A stretch of DNA of 64,000 nucleotides from Candidatus Micrarchaeota archaeon (GTDB taxonomy: Archaea; Micrarchaeota; Micrarchaeia; Anstonellales; Bilamarchaeaceae), in NCBI GenBank assembly GCA_016932815.1, contig JAFGCC010000014.1:80129-144128 (forward strand). The letters are read 5' to 3'. How positions within the stretch are numbered: the first letter of the stretch is position 1; every line of letters begins with the position of its first letter. A model generated the notes under the pieces. It searched no databases. It was not told the origin of the DNA and was given only the letters and a program-made list of their open reading frames with translations. This document shows positions 8,760-17,368 of this stretch, piece by piece. A program made the translations under genes and the position numbers.

Positions 8760-8990
8760 TCAAACACCAATTGTAGCTTCAATCACTTTGAGCTGCCTCA
8801 GGTAGCTATTTAGATGCGCCCTGAGGGCAACCGAATCCTCCGCGTGGATTTTTATGCAGAGGGTTTTGCCGCGCACGCAGACGCTTGCGCGGGCCCGCTT
8901 TGCAGAATCCTCACGCCCAAGGGCAGAAAGCGCGTTTTCCGCCTCTTTAACCGAGGGGAAAACGAACTCCAGGCTGCCTGAGCACTCCAT
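8760..8990 (-). CDS. pcc1: KEOPS complex subunit Pcc1 (start taken at the internal ATG, MECSG...)
   Basis: About 76 aa. EFVFPSVKEAENALSAL...IKIHAEDSVALRAHLNSYLRQLK matches the Pcc1 fold signature. Its position next to prefoldin beta is conserved in archaea. Confidence 0.6.
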   Translation of the reverse strand: MECSGSLEFVFPSVKEAENALSALGREDSAKRARASVCVRGKTLCIKIHAEDSVALRAHLNSYLRQLKVIEATIGV

Positions 8991-9002
8991 GGGGATTCGC
9001 AC

Positions 9003-9140
9003 CTAGTCCGTTCCGAGTTCCTTTGCTATTGGCGGGCGGGTCTTGAATAGGACCTTTGCGCCGGTCGAGGGGAACTCAAACGTCTTGAGGTTGGAGATTA
9101 TTACCTTGTTTCCGGTTTCCCATTCGCGGTATTCTCCCAT
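9003..9140 (-). CDS. Unannotated 46-codon ORF between L37ae and Pcc1 (MGEYREWETGNKVIISNLKTFEFPSTGAKVLFKTRPPIAKELGTD)
   Basis: Its ATG lies 4 nt after the L37ae stop. Its TAG stop (9003-9005) is directly in frame with and abuts the GTG/ATG region of Pcc1. It is not in the supplied ORF track because it is under 60 aa. Confidence 0.3.
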   Translation of the reverse strand: MGEYREWETGNKVIISNLKTFEFPSTGAKVLFKTRPPIAKELGTD

Positions 9141-9143
9141 TGC

Positions 9144-9386
9144 TCATTCACCCGCTCCTTCCTTTGCGACCATCCTGCGCGCACTCTGCCCGGTGGGGGT
9201 GCTGAGGCTGTATGCGCCTCCTGCAATCTTTGCGCCGCACGAGTTGCACTTCCAGAGCGCATAGGAAATCCTCTTTACGGATTTCTTGCCGCACTTGGGG
9301 CACTCATACGAATCCAGCTTCTTGGAGGTGGCGGCTCCTGCGAGCTTCCTTATCCTCCTTCCGTACCTGGGGGTCTTTGTCACCAT
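9144..9386 (-). CDS. rpl37ae: Ribosomal protein L37ae (eL43)
   Basis: The C4 zinc ribbon is present (CPKCGK...CNSCGAK), and the N-terminus carries TKTPRYGRRIRK. Confidence 0.9.
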   Translation of the reverse strand: MVTKTPRYGRRIRKLAGAATSKKLDSYECPKCGKKSVKRISYALWKCNSCGAKIAGGAYSLSTPTGQSARRMVAKEGAGE

Positions 9387-9397
9387 TCATCTCACCT

Positions 9398-10186
9398 TCA
9401 CAAATATTTCCTTAGTTCATCCGATTTCTCAAATGCAATGTCGGTTAGCGCGAGCACCTCGTCGCGCGTTATTGAAGACGCGCCGGATTTCTGGATGCTC
9501 GAAACCTTTCCCTCAACCGTGCCGAGGGTTATCGCCATGTCCTGTGCGTGCTCTTCCTCGATTGAGGGGTCCATCAGGAAATTCTTCCCCACTTTTATAA
9601 AGGAAGTGGTAAGGGGCTTGTACTTCATTTCCAGGGGGCCCGCGCTCTCGTTGCGGATGATTGCGCCATCTTCCACCTTGGGCATCTTCGCATCCAAGAG
9701 TGCGCCGCACGCTGCAAGGGCGGCGGTGTCCATCATGTTCCCGCGCTGGTCAAGGACCCAGAGGTCTATGAAGAGCCCAAGAACTTTTCCTTCTTCTATG
9801 AAGAAATTCTTTACGTCGATTACTTCTGCGCTCCTGATTCCGCGGTCAACCACCCTTGCAAGCTCTATTGATTCCTCGCTTGGGGGCCCCGGCTCGAATA
9901 CCGGGGATGCAAAGGGCACGAATTCCGCTCCGGTCATGAACACTCCCTCTTCTGGGCGGTCCGCAAACGGAGTCATTATGTCGAACTTCACTGCCGCAAG
10001 CACCTTGGTGCCGCCGATTTCGGCAAGCGCGGAGCCTTCGGCGCTATCCAGAACGCCCTTGTCAACGCGCACCGCCCTCCAGTCGTTTAGGCCCCTCTCG
10101 TCAAAGCGGGCGCCCTCCTCCAACTGGTTCTGCAGGAAATCCTTGCGGACTTCGCGGAGTATCTTGATTTTCGTTTCTTCTCCCAT
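9398..10186 (-). CDS. rrp42: Exosome complex component Rrp42 (RNase PH-like, non-catalytic)
   Basis: 262 aa with an RNase PH fold, located downstream of Rrp41 in the conserved order. Confidence 0.85.
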   Translation of the reverse strand: MGEETKIKILREVRKDFLQNQLEEGARFDERGLNDWRAVRVDKGVLDSAEGSALAEIGGTKVLAAVKFDIMTPFADRPEEGVFMTGAEFVPFASPVFEPGPPSEESIELARVVDRGIRSAEVIDVKNFFIEEGKVLGLFIDLWVLDQRGNMMDTAALAACGALLDAKMPKVEDGAIIRNESAGPLEMKYKPLTTSFIKVGKNFLMDPSIEEEHAQDMAITLGTVEGKVSSIQKSGASSITRDEVLALTDIAFEKSDELRKYL

Positions 10187-10198
10187 TCAAATCACCTT

Positions 10199-10936
10199 TT
10201 ATAGCCTGAGCTTCCCGCGCTCGTGCGCGCTCTCATACGACTTGCGCAGGGCTTGTGCCTGGAGCTCGTAAACCTTTTCGCAGGCCTCGATTCCCTCATC
10301 GAGGTTCCGTGCAAGCTCTTCGCGGGTAAGGAGGCCGTCCATCTGGAGGAGGACCAGCTCCTTGCCCTTGCTCGTTATCGCCATTGGGACATCGGACTCT
10401 CCGTAGTTGTCCTCGTCTTTTCCCAAGTCCACTACCAGCTGGCCGTCCAACTTTCCCACTGCGACCCCGGAAACCATCTCCTTCATGGGGATTCCCGCAT
10501 CCGCAAGCGCAACCGCGGCCGCGGTCAGGGCGCTTACCCTGGTTCCGCCTTCTGCCTGGAGCACTTCCACGTAGACGTCAATCTGCGTCTTGGGGAACTG
10601 GTTTAGCATCACTACCGGCTCAAATGCCTCGCGGAGCACTTTGGAAATTTCCCTGCTCCTGCGGTTTGGGCCGCTGCGCCCGTGCTCGCTCTTTGAGCAG
10701 AAAGGCGCCATCGTGTAGCGCACTTTCAGCAGCGCCTTGTAGGGGTCTGCCCCGTGCTTGGGGATGCATTCGCGCGGGCCATAAACGCCTGCTACGACCT
10801 TGTTGCCGCCCCATTCCACGTATGCGGAACCGGAGGCTTCCTCAAGCACTCCCGCCTCAATCTTGAGCGGGCGGAGCTCCTTGGGAGTCCTTCCGTCAAT
10901 CCTTTTTCCGTCTTTAAACAATTCCGGCTTATCCAT
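10199..10936 (-). CDS. rrp41: Exosome complex exonuclease Rrp41 (RNase PH-like, catalytic)
   Basis: RNase PH motifs are present (DGRTPKELRP, GSAYVEWGGNKVV, TRVSALTAAAVALADAGIP). Confidence 0.9.
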   Translation of the reverse strand: MDKPELFKDGKRIDGRTPKELRPLKIEAGVLEEASGSAYVEWGGNKVVAGVYGPRECIPKHGADPYKALLKVRYTMAPFCSKSEHGRSGPNRRSREISKVLREAFEPVVMLNQFPKTQIDVYVEVLQAEGGTRVSALTAAAVALADAGIPMKEMVSGVAVGKLDGQLVVDLGKDEDNYGESDVPMAITSKGKELVLLQMDGLLTREELARNLDEGIEACEKVYELQAQALRKSYESAHERGKLRL

Positions 10937-10941
10937 TCAAA

Positions 10942-11730
10942 TCAACCCTGAAAACAGTCTTGGTCAAAACAATCTTTCGTGTGCTTTCCGCCGCCATGGG
11001 CAACGGAAGTGTCCTCCCTTTCCCCCTCGCTGGATTCTCCGCGGGGGCGGGGCTCGCCCTCCCCATAATCTTCATGGGAGGGTTTGCTGCGCTCTCCTGG
11101 CTCGTCCCTGCTGGGTGCGGAAACGTTCCCCCCATTCTCGTTGAGGTAGTTTACCACCGCATCGGTCAGTCCCTGGGTGTGCGCATTCCTGATTATGAAT
11201 TGTATCGTCTTTAGGGCCAGCTGCAGGTTTCCCTTGCCGCCTATCCAGATGTACCCGTTGTTGCCTACGAAAATCGAGCATCCGGTTCCATCGCGCACGA
11301 CATTGAGCATGCTGCTGCGCTTGCCTATTATGCGCGGGACCTTTGAGGCCGGGACGCTCACTATCTTCCCAAGGGGAAGCCTCTTTGCGTCTGTTAGGTC
11401 AACGTTGCCAACTTCGTCTACGAACTTCACCCTGCCGTATATGAGGTCTCCCTGCTTGAAGCTCACCCTGGTGAACTTGGAGCTGATAAAGCCGTTTTGC
11501 GCAAGGTTCATGTCCACTATGTAGCCTGAGTGCCTAACGTCGGTTACTATGCCCACGGTGTTGTCTCCGGGCTTTGCCGCATAGACCATCTCCAGGGGGA
11601 CGAACTTGTCGTTCCTCATCATGCCCAGCACGGTCGCGTAGGTCCTGCCCCCTTCCACATACGTGTTCGGGACTCTTGTTTCCTCTTCCCAGAGAAGCTC
11701 TCCGGGCATTACGATTTTTTCCATTTGCAT
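10942..11730 (-). CDS. rrp4: Exosome RNA-binding subunit Rrp4 (S1 + KH) with an acidic Gly/Glu-rich C-terminal tail
   Basis: It has an S1 domain and a KH GXXG motif (RIIGKRSSMLNVV). The tail ends ...DCFDQDCFQG. Confidence 0.85.
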   Translation of the reverse strand: MQMEKIVMPGELLWEEETRVPNTYVEGGRTYATVLGMMRNDKFVPLEMVYAAKPGDNTVGIVTDVRHSGYIVDMNLAQNGFISSKFTRVSFKQGDLIYGRVKFVDEVGNVDLTDAKRLPLGKIVSVPASKVPRIIGKRSSMLNVVRDGTGCSIFVGNNGYIWIGGKGNLQLALKTIQFIIRNAHTQGLTDAVVNYLNENGGNVSAPSRDEPGERSKPSHEDYGEGEPRPRGESSEGEREDTSVAHGGGKHTKDCFDQDCFQG

Positions 11731-11735
11731 TGCAC

Positions 11736-12428
11736 CTATTCAACTTTTTTGGTTTCGGCCTCTCCGGCCGTAAGCTTGTTTATGCGGTCTAGGAACTCCC
11801 CCTGCATTCCCGCGGGGATTTCCACGACCACTACGAGGTGGCCATCCTTTAGCCACTGCTCCTTTTTTATTCCGTAAATCTTGAGTGTCCCGTATGCCCG
11901 GTGCGAATATGCGGGCGGGACTTTTACCGCTATCTTGAACTTTTCGAACTTCATGGGGATTAGGGGGCGGAGCTTCTTTAGGAGCTCGTCCATCTGCGCC
12001 TTTGCGTCCTTGAACGGGTCCACGTGGAAGCGCACTTCCTCCATCGCGTTTTCTATGCGGAGGGGGGGAATCGGGGCGCCTGTTCTTACATCCACCGCCT
12101 CGCGGCAAATCATGTCGATTATCTGCTTGCGCTTGTCTGTGACTTTTGACTTCCTCTGCTCGGTCGTTAATTGGACGCTGCCTTTTTCCAGGGCGATTTT
12201 GAGGACTTCCTGCATGTCGGTTGTCCCGAATGCTTTTTGGACATCCGAGCTCCTTGCGCGGGTGCCTTTCTTGGCGTTCTCATATACTTCATCTACTACT
12301 AAGATGTTCTTTAGGTCGCGCTTTCCCCCATCCAGGTACATGTAAGCTGGCGCTGGGTCCACGTATAGCTCAAAGTGCTTTCCCTCTTTGTCGTATGAGG
12401 CGATAATCGCCTTGTCCAGGCTTGCCAT
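11736..12428 (-). CDS. sdo1: SBDS/Sdo1 ribosome maturation protein (start at the internal ATG, MASLDKAII...)
   Basis: Carries the SBDS N-terminal FYSH domain (KAIIASYDKEGKHFELYVDP). It heads the exosome superoperon as in other archaea. Confidence 0.85.
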   Translation of the reverse strand: MASLDKAIIASYDKEGKHFELYVDPAPAYMYLDGGKRDLKNILVVDEVYENAKKGTRARSSDVQKAFGTTDMQEVLKIALEKGSVQLTTEQRKSKVTDKRKQIIDMICREAVDVRTGAPIPPLRIENAMEEVRFHVDPFKDAKAQMDELLKKLRPLIPMKFEKFKIAVKVPPAYSHRAYGTLKIYGIKKEQWLKDGHLVVVVEIPAGMQGEFLDRINKLTAGEAETKKVE

Positions 12429-12710
12429 ATTTCCCACGTTGTTGCTTAAAGCATCAAACAATGACACTTTTCTCAAGTGCCGCCAAAAATGAGCAGGCGG
12501 TTTTGTTTTCACTCAGACTCTTTAATTTATTATAGATGTGTTTATAAACGTTGCTAATTGCCCCCTTCCGGTTTGCATGGGCATTTTGCGCATAAATATG
12601 TTGGCGTGGCGAAGAAGGGCGGGCGGGGGCTTTCCCCCTTCTTCCATTTTTCCATCCTGCCGAGGGCAGCCGGCATAAGCTTTTTATCCGTTGCCACAGA
12701 AACGGGAGGT

Positions 12711-15518
12711 ATGTTCAGGAATAACTTGGCCATATTGTTTTTTGTGTTGATTGTGTCTTCGGCTTCTTTTGCCATAACCCACACCTGTGGAATCATCAAC
12801 GAGTCGGGCGAATATACGCTCAACGAAAGCCTCCAAGGCCTGGGAACCCCTGTTAGCGGGTTCAGCATAGGGGATAGTTGCATAACCATACAAACGAGCA
12901 ACGTAACTCTTGACTGCGACGGGTTCAACATATCCTGCGAAATTTGCCTCTCAGACGCCATAGGGATAGCGGTAAACGGCTCCGCTTCGGAACCCCGCAC
13001 CAACATAACAATCAGGAACTGCCCCGGAATCAACAATTACGATTACGGGATTGCGCTCAAGTACGTGTATAATAGCACGATACAAAACAGCACCATGCTC
13101 AACAGCTCAGCCTCCACGGATTATGGGCTCCACATGGAAAACTGCTCCGGTGTAAATGTTACCAACAACACCTTCTACAATAACGGCAACGGAATAGACA
13201 TGAACTATTCTTACTCTAACGATGTTTTCAACAATACCTTCTTTTCAAACAACAATGACGTGTTCATGGAGGAGTGCGACTACAACGACATTATAGACAA
13301 CGTATTTTCCCTTAGCGACAACGGAATTTATCCATATTCCTCAGACCACAACTTCATTGCAAACAATACGCTGTCCTCAATGAGCAGCTACGCGATAGAC
13401 CCTGAGGTATCCAACTACAATAGGATAATAGAGAACATCATCCATAATGCATATGTGGGAATTAGCCTGTATGACCAATGCTACTACAATTTTATCTACA
13501 ACAACACCATTGAGGGCTCGGATGAGGGCATTGAGCTGTATGAATATACCAATTACAACAACGTGACCCAAAACGTAATAGAAGGTGGAACTTACGGAGT
13601 ATACGGATACCTGGCAAGCGGAAACAGGCTCGTGGACAACGAGATATACGAGAACACGGATTATGGGGTTTATTTTGAGGAAGCTTGCTCCAACAACACC
13701 CTCCTAAACAACACCGTGCGCAACCAGACCGACGAAAACGGAGTCTACATGGATGCAGGCTCCAATGGGAACAACCTCACGAACAATACGATGTACGGAC
13801 AGGACTATTCCATTAACATCCGCCATGGCAGGGATAATAGGATATGGGGCAACCACATCTGGGATTCGTATATCGGAGTAGAATTTTATTTTACGAACTC
13901 CAGCTACATATACGAAAACGAGATTAATACGACCGAAGAATCGATTGAGATTGACTGGGGATACAACAACAGCGTGGAGAACAACACAATCCGTGACAGC
14001 CCGTGTGACGGGATATATTTCAACAATGCCAACGGCACGGATATCCTCAACAACGTTATATCCAATTCCGAGTGCGAGGGGATATACATCTCGTCCTTCA
14101 CTTCGGGCATTGTTATTGCAAACAACACGGTAAGCGGAAGCGATTATGACGAAATATGCCTATACCGTGTAGAGAATATCGTGATTGCAGACAACGTTGC
14201 CTACAACGGGCGTGTGTCTAACATTTACTTAGGGCGCTCCAACAACATTACTGTAATCAACAATACATTATACGGTGGTGGTGCCGCATTCTACCTGAAC
14301 GAGAGCAACTACACGATAACCGAAAACGAAATCCGCGGGCCAGACGGAACCCGCACGGAATACAATCTTCTCTCGGCAGAAGACGTCATGACTATTGAGG
14401 CGTACTCGATAAACTGGAGCGGTTCCCCTTCTTCCTTCCCAAGCGGGAAGGCATCCTTTGAAGGCAAGCTACTGAACATAACGACCGTTGCGGGAAGCCC
14501 GAGCATAGACACGATTTCCTGGCTCTGGCTTGATTCGGAAAGCTCCGGACATGATGAGGATACGTTTGAACTCTGGATGTACAACGGCTCGGACTGGTCG
14601 CTTTTGAATGACACTCCAGACACGTCATCCAATATGTTGACCAACTACTCCCTCTCTCCTGCGAGCATATATGGAATCCTAGAGGATTCTAGCTCATCCG
14701 GAGAGGCGGAAGGCAATGACGTGGATGATTATGAGTGCATGACTTCCTCGGACTGCGATGAGTGCTATATCTGCAGCGGCCATGAGTGCGTGCTTCCATC
14801 CGGCTCGTGCGCAACTGCCTCCGATTGTTCAGGGGGATACCCGTTCTACAACTGCGAGGAGTGCTCCTGCGCAGGATACCAATGCAACGTTGATTCCGAT
14901 TGCAACGGGGAAGGATATTCCTGCGAGAACGGGGCGTGCATACCCCCGGAGTGTGTAGAAAATGAGGACTGCAAAGGGCTGGGGCTAAAATACTACTGCA
15001 GCCCGGGCTATGAATGCGTGCTTGGCGAATGCTACACGAGCGCAGACTGCATTGCAGGCTCAACCTGCTCCAATTACGTTTGCATCCCGCCCGAATGCAC
15101 AATTGACGATAATTGCGGGCCGGGAAAGATGTGCGAGAACTACAAATGCGTTCCCGGTGAATGCAGGACGAACGCAGACTGCGATGAAGGGTTCTACTGC
15201 GATAACAGGGTTTGCCAGAAAGACATAACGCCCGGCGGAACAGGCGGAAGCGGCGGGGGCTCTTCCGGAGGCTCCGGTGGAACCGGGGCTGCGCATGTTC
15301 CTCCTCCTGGAACTGAGGGGGAAAACGCTACCCAGCAGATGCAGCAGGGCTTCCCGTTCCTTGAAGGGGACAGCTCCGGTGCGGGAATCCTGCCGGATGT
15401 AGTATTTAGCGAGGAAACGAGGATTTCAAGCGGATGGATAATCCTCTTCTTCCTGGTGCTTGGGGGCGCTGTTTACTTCCTGCACAATAAAAGGAAGGCG
15501 AGGGTGGAGAAGGAATAG
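12711..15518 (+). CDS. Large surface protein: signal peptide, parallel beta-helix (PbH1-like) repeats rich in N-x-S/T sequons, Cys-rich EGF-like modules, Gly/Ser linker, C-terminal TM anchor with basic tail
   Basis: It begins with the signal peptide MFRNNLAILFFVLIVSSASFA. Repetitive N-rich beta-helix units follow (NNTFYNNGNGIDMNYS...), with roughly 60 or more N-x-S/T sequons. Repeated xDCxxGxxCxNxxCxPxEC modules come next, then the linker GGTGGSGGGSSGGSGGTG. The C-terminus is GWIILFFLVLGGAVYFLHNKRKARVEKE. Confidence 0.8.
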   Translation: MFRNNLAILFFVLIVSSASFAITHTCGIINESGEYTLNESLQGLGTPVSGFSIGDSCITIQTSNVTLDCDGFNISCEICLSDAIGIAVNGSASEPRTNITIRNCPGINNYDYGIALKYVYNSTIQNSTMLNSSASTDYGLHMENCSGVNVTNNTFYNNGNGIDMNYSYSNDVFNNTFFSNNNDVFMEECDYNDIIDNVFSLSDNGIYPYSSDHNFIANNTLSSMSSYAIDPEVSNYNRIIENIIHNAYVGISLYDQCYYNFIYNNTIEGSDEGIELYEYTNYNNVTQNVIEGGTYGVYGYLASGNRLVDNEIYENTDYGVYFEEACSNNTLLNNTVRNQTDENGVYMDAGSNGNNLTNNTMYGQDYSINIRHGRDNRIWGNHIWDSYIGVEFYFTNSSYIYENEINTTEESIEIDWGYNNSVENNTIRDSPCDGIYFNNANGTDILNNVISNSECEGIYISSFTSGIVIANNTVSGSDYDEICLYRVENIVIADNVAYNGRVSNIYLGRSNNITVINNTLYGGGAAFYLNESNYTITENEIRGPDGTRTEYNLLSAEDVMTIEAYSINWSGSPSSFPSGKASFEGKLLNITTVAGSPSIDTISWLWLDSESSGHDEDTFELWMYNGSDWSLLNDTPDTSSNMLTNYSLSPASIYGILEDSSSSGEAEGNDVDDYECMTSSDCDECYICSGHECVLPSGSCATASDCSGGYPFYNCEECSCAGYQCNVDSDCNGEGYSCENGACIPPECVENEDCKGLGLKYYCSPGYECVLGECYTSADCIAGSTCSNYVCIPPECTIDDNCGPGKMCENYKCVPGECRTNADCDEGFYCDNRVCQKDITPGGTGGSGGGSSGGSGGTGAAHVPPPGTEGENATQQMQQGFPFLEGDSSGAGILPDVVFSEETRISSGWIILFFLVLGGAVYFLHNKRKARVEKE

Positions 15519-15590
15519 GCGCAGGGATAAAAAACTCCCTGTGCCCGATTCCCTGCCTTTTTCCCCTTTTCTTTTTGCGGGCGCCAGGTA
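15519..15590 (+). terminator. T-rich tract after the surface-protein gene (archaeal oligo-T terminator candidate)
   Basis: The tract reads ctgcctttttcccctttt ctttttgcggg. Confidence 0.35.
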
Positions 15591-15607
15591 GCTCCCCCGG
15601 CGACTAG

Positions 15608-15617
15608 TTTATAAATA
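15608..15617 (+). promoter_or_regulatory. TATA box (TTTATAAATA) of the L1-L10-L12 operon, about 70 nt upstream of the L1 ATG, implying a ~40-nt leader
   Basis: The sequence is agTTTATAAATAtttc. A leader of this length is consistent with an L1 autoregulatory mRNA site, but none was identified here. Confidence 0.5.
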
Positions 15618-15687
15618 TTTCTATGAACAAGATTATCTCAACAGTCAATTTCTGCCCGCAAGCACTGCTGGTAGCAGGAGGGATTGA

Positions 15688-16323
15688 ATGGAAAGGAAGA
15701 AACTACTAGAAGGCATCGAAAAGATGCTAGAGGAAAAAGGAAGCAGGAAATTCACGCAGTCAGTGGAACTTGTATTGAATTTCCGCGGCATTGATTTCTC
15801 CAAGCCGGAGAACAGGCTCAACCTGGACATCGCGCTCCCCAACGGGAAAGGCGGAAAGGAGCCAAAGGTTGTGGTCATTGCAGATGCGGACATGGGCGCA
15901 ACCGCCAAGAAAGCGGGAGCGGACAAGGTCCTCTCCGCAGACGAACTTGCAGAATACAAGGCCGACCAGCCCAAGCTAAAGAAGCTTGTTTCCGAATCCG
16001 TGTTCCTGGCCCAGCCCAACCTTATTGGGCAGGTGGCAAAGAACTTCGGGCAGTTCCTCGCAGTAAGGGGAAAGATGGCAAAGCCCCTGGTTGGGAACCC
16101 CGAGAACGCTATAAAGGCGGCAAAGCGCTCTGTGCGCCTTACCTCCAAGGGAAAGTATATGCCCGTTGCGCAGGCTCTTGTGGGCTCCGAGAACATGGAC
16201 GCCAAGGAGCTTGCAGAAAACATCGAGGCGGTATATGATGCCGTAAAGAACAAGGCCGGCGCTTCAAGCGTGAAATCCGCATACCTAAAACTTACAATGG
16301 GCAAGGCGGTACAGGTCATGTGA
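15688..16323 (+). CDS. rpl1: Ribosomal protein L1 (uL1)
   Basis: Family signatures are present (FTQSVELVLNFRGIDFSKPENRL, KVVVIADADMGATAKKAGAD). Confidence 0.95.
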   Translation: MERKKLLEGIEKMLEEKGSRKFTQSVELVLNFRGIDFSKPENRLNLDIALPNGKGGKEPKVVVIADADMGATAKKAGADKVLSADELAEYKADQPKLKKLVSESVFLAQPNLIGQVAKNFGQFLAVRGKMAKPLVGNPENAIKAAKRSVRLTSKGKYMPVAQALVGSENMDAKELAENIEAVYDAVKNKAGASSVKSAYLKLTMGKAVQVM

Positions 16324-16333
16324 GGTGGGAGAA

Positions 16334-17356
16334 ATGAGCAAAGACACTAAAAACGCTAAAAAGGCATCCAAGGCGCAGCCTGGGAAGGGGGAACCCCACG
16401 AGCGGCCCGCAATTGCAAGGAAGAAGGCTCAGGTCGAGGAGTTCAAGAAGGAGTTCTCCGAATCCAAGAACATCGTGGTCTTAGACCTTAGGAAACTTCC
16501 GGACAAGCTCCTCCAGGGCATGAGGAAGAAACTGCGCGAGAACGGAACCAGGATACGCATGGCGAAATCCACGGTCCTAAAGCGCGCGCTTGAGAGCGCG
16601 GGCAAGCCAAAGGAGCTAATCGACCTCTTTGATAAGCCCGCGGCAATCATCTTCAGCCAGATGAGCCCGTATGAGGTAAACAAATTCCTAAAGAGCAACA
16701 CCATGGACGTTGCGGCAAAGCCGGGGCAGATTGCGCCTAGCGACATAATCGTTCCCGCAGGGGAAACCAGCCTGCCTCCGGGGCCTGCGCTCTCGGAGCT
16801 CAAGGCAGCGGGAATCAACGCCCAGATTAGGGGGCCCAAGATTTCGGTGGCAAAGGACTCTACCGTCGTAAAGGCGGGAGAGGAGATTACCCTGGAGAAG
16901 GCGAAGGCGCTCCAGACTTTGGGCTTTAAGCCGTTCAAGGTGAATGCGAACATACTCCTTGCATACGATGGCGAATACGTGTATTCTCCGGAACTCCTGG
17001 ATATCTCCGCTGAGGCCCTTGCACCGGAATTCGCAACTTCGCTGCGCGACGCGTTCAACATGTCGGTAAATGCCGCATACCCAAGCGAGCAGAACATAGA
17101 GCTCCTTGTGGTGGAAGCGTTCAGGCAGGGAATGAATGCCGGGATAAACGGCGAAATTTACTCTCCGGAATCCATAGAGCAGCTTCTCGCCCGCTCCATT
17201 CGGGGTGGGCTGGCTCTATCGGAGCTCAATTTGGAGGCGGCGGCACCTTCGAAAGAAGAGCCTGCTGCGGCAAAGGCTCCCAAGGAGGAACCGAAAGCCG
17301 AAACTTCTCCCGATGCTTCTGCGGGAGAGGAAAAGAAACCGGAGGAATCCGGATAA
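16334..17356 (+). CDS. rpl10: Ribosomal stalk protein L10/P0 (uL10), start taken at the ATG after the GGTGGGAG RBS
   Basis: The P0 N-terminal domain is present (KKAQVEEFKKEFSESKNIVVLDLRKLP), and the acidic C-terminal tail ends EEKKPEESG. The track ORF starts at a GTG at 16325 that overlaps the L1 stop. Confidence 0.9.
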   Translation: MSKDTKNAKKASKAQPGKGEPHERPAIARKKAQVEEFKKEFSESKNIVVLDLRKLPDKLLQGMRKKLRENGTRIRMAKSTVLKRALESAGKPKELIDLFDKPAAIIFSQMSPYEVNKFLKSNTMDVAAKPGQIAPSDIIVPAGETSLPPGPALSELKAAGINAQIRGPKISVAKDSTVVKAGEEITLEKAKALQTLGFKPFKVNANILLAYDGEYVYSPELLDISAEALAPEFATSLRDAFNMSVNAAYPSEQNIELLVVEAFRQGMNAGINGEIYSPESIEQLLARSIRGGLALSELNLEAAAPSKEEPAAAKAPKEEPKAETSPDASAGEEKKPEESG

Positions 17357-17368
17357 AACAAAAGGTGA

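Noticed and set aside
9513-9710. Various 60-100 aa ORFs antisense within rrp42 and rrp4 (9438..10271 plus strand, 11072..11281, 11534..11743 and others)
   Set aside because: They overlap conserved exosome genes and are typical high-GC antisense ORFs.
10384-10866. 160-aa Pro/Arg-rich plus-strand ORF inside rrp41
   Set aside because: It is antisense to a highly conserved RNase PH gene with a non-protein-like composition.
12558-12710. 51-codon N-terminal extension of the surface protein ORF (MPPSGLHGHFAHKYVGV...)
   Set aside because: The internal Met at 12711 begins a canonical signal peptide, and the extension overlaps the divergent promoter region (gtttataaac TATA box).
16325-16333. GTG start of L10/P0 overlapping the L1 stop (track ORF start)
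   Set aside because: An ATG 9 nt downstream is preceded by a GGTGGGAG Shine-Dalgarno-like sequence, which is the more likely start. The GTG cannot be excluded.
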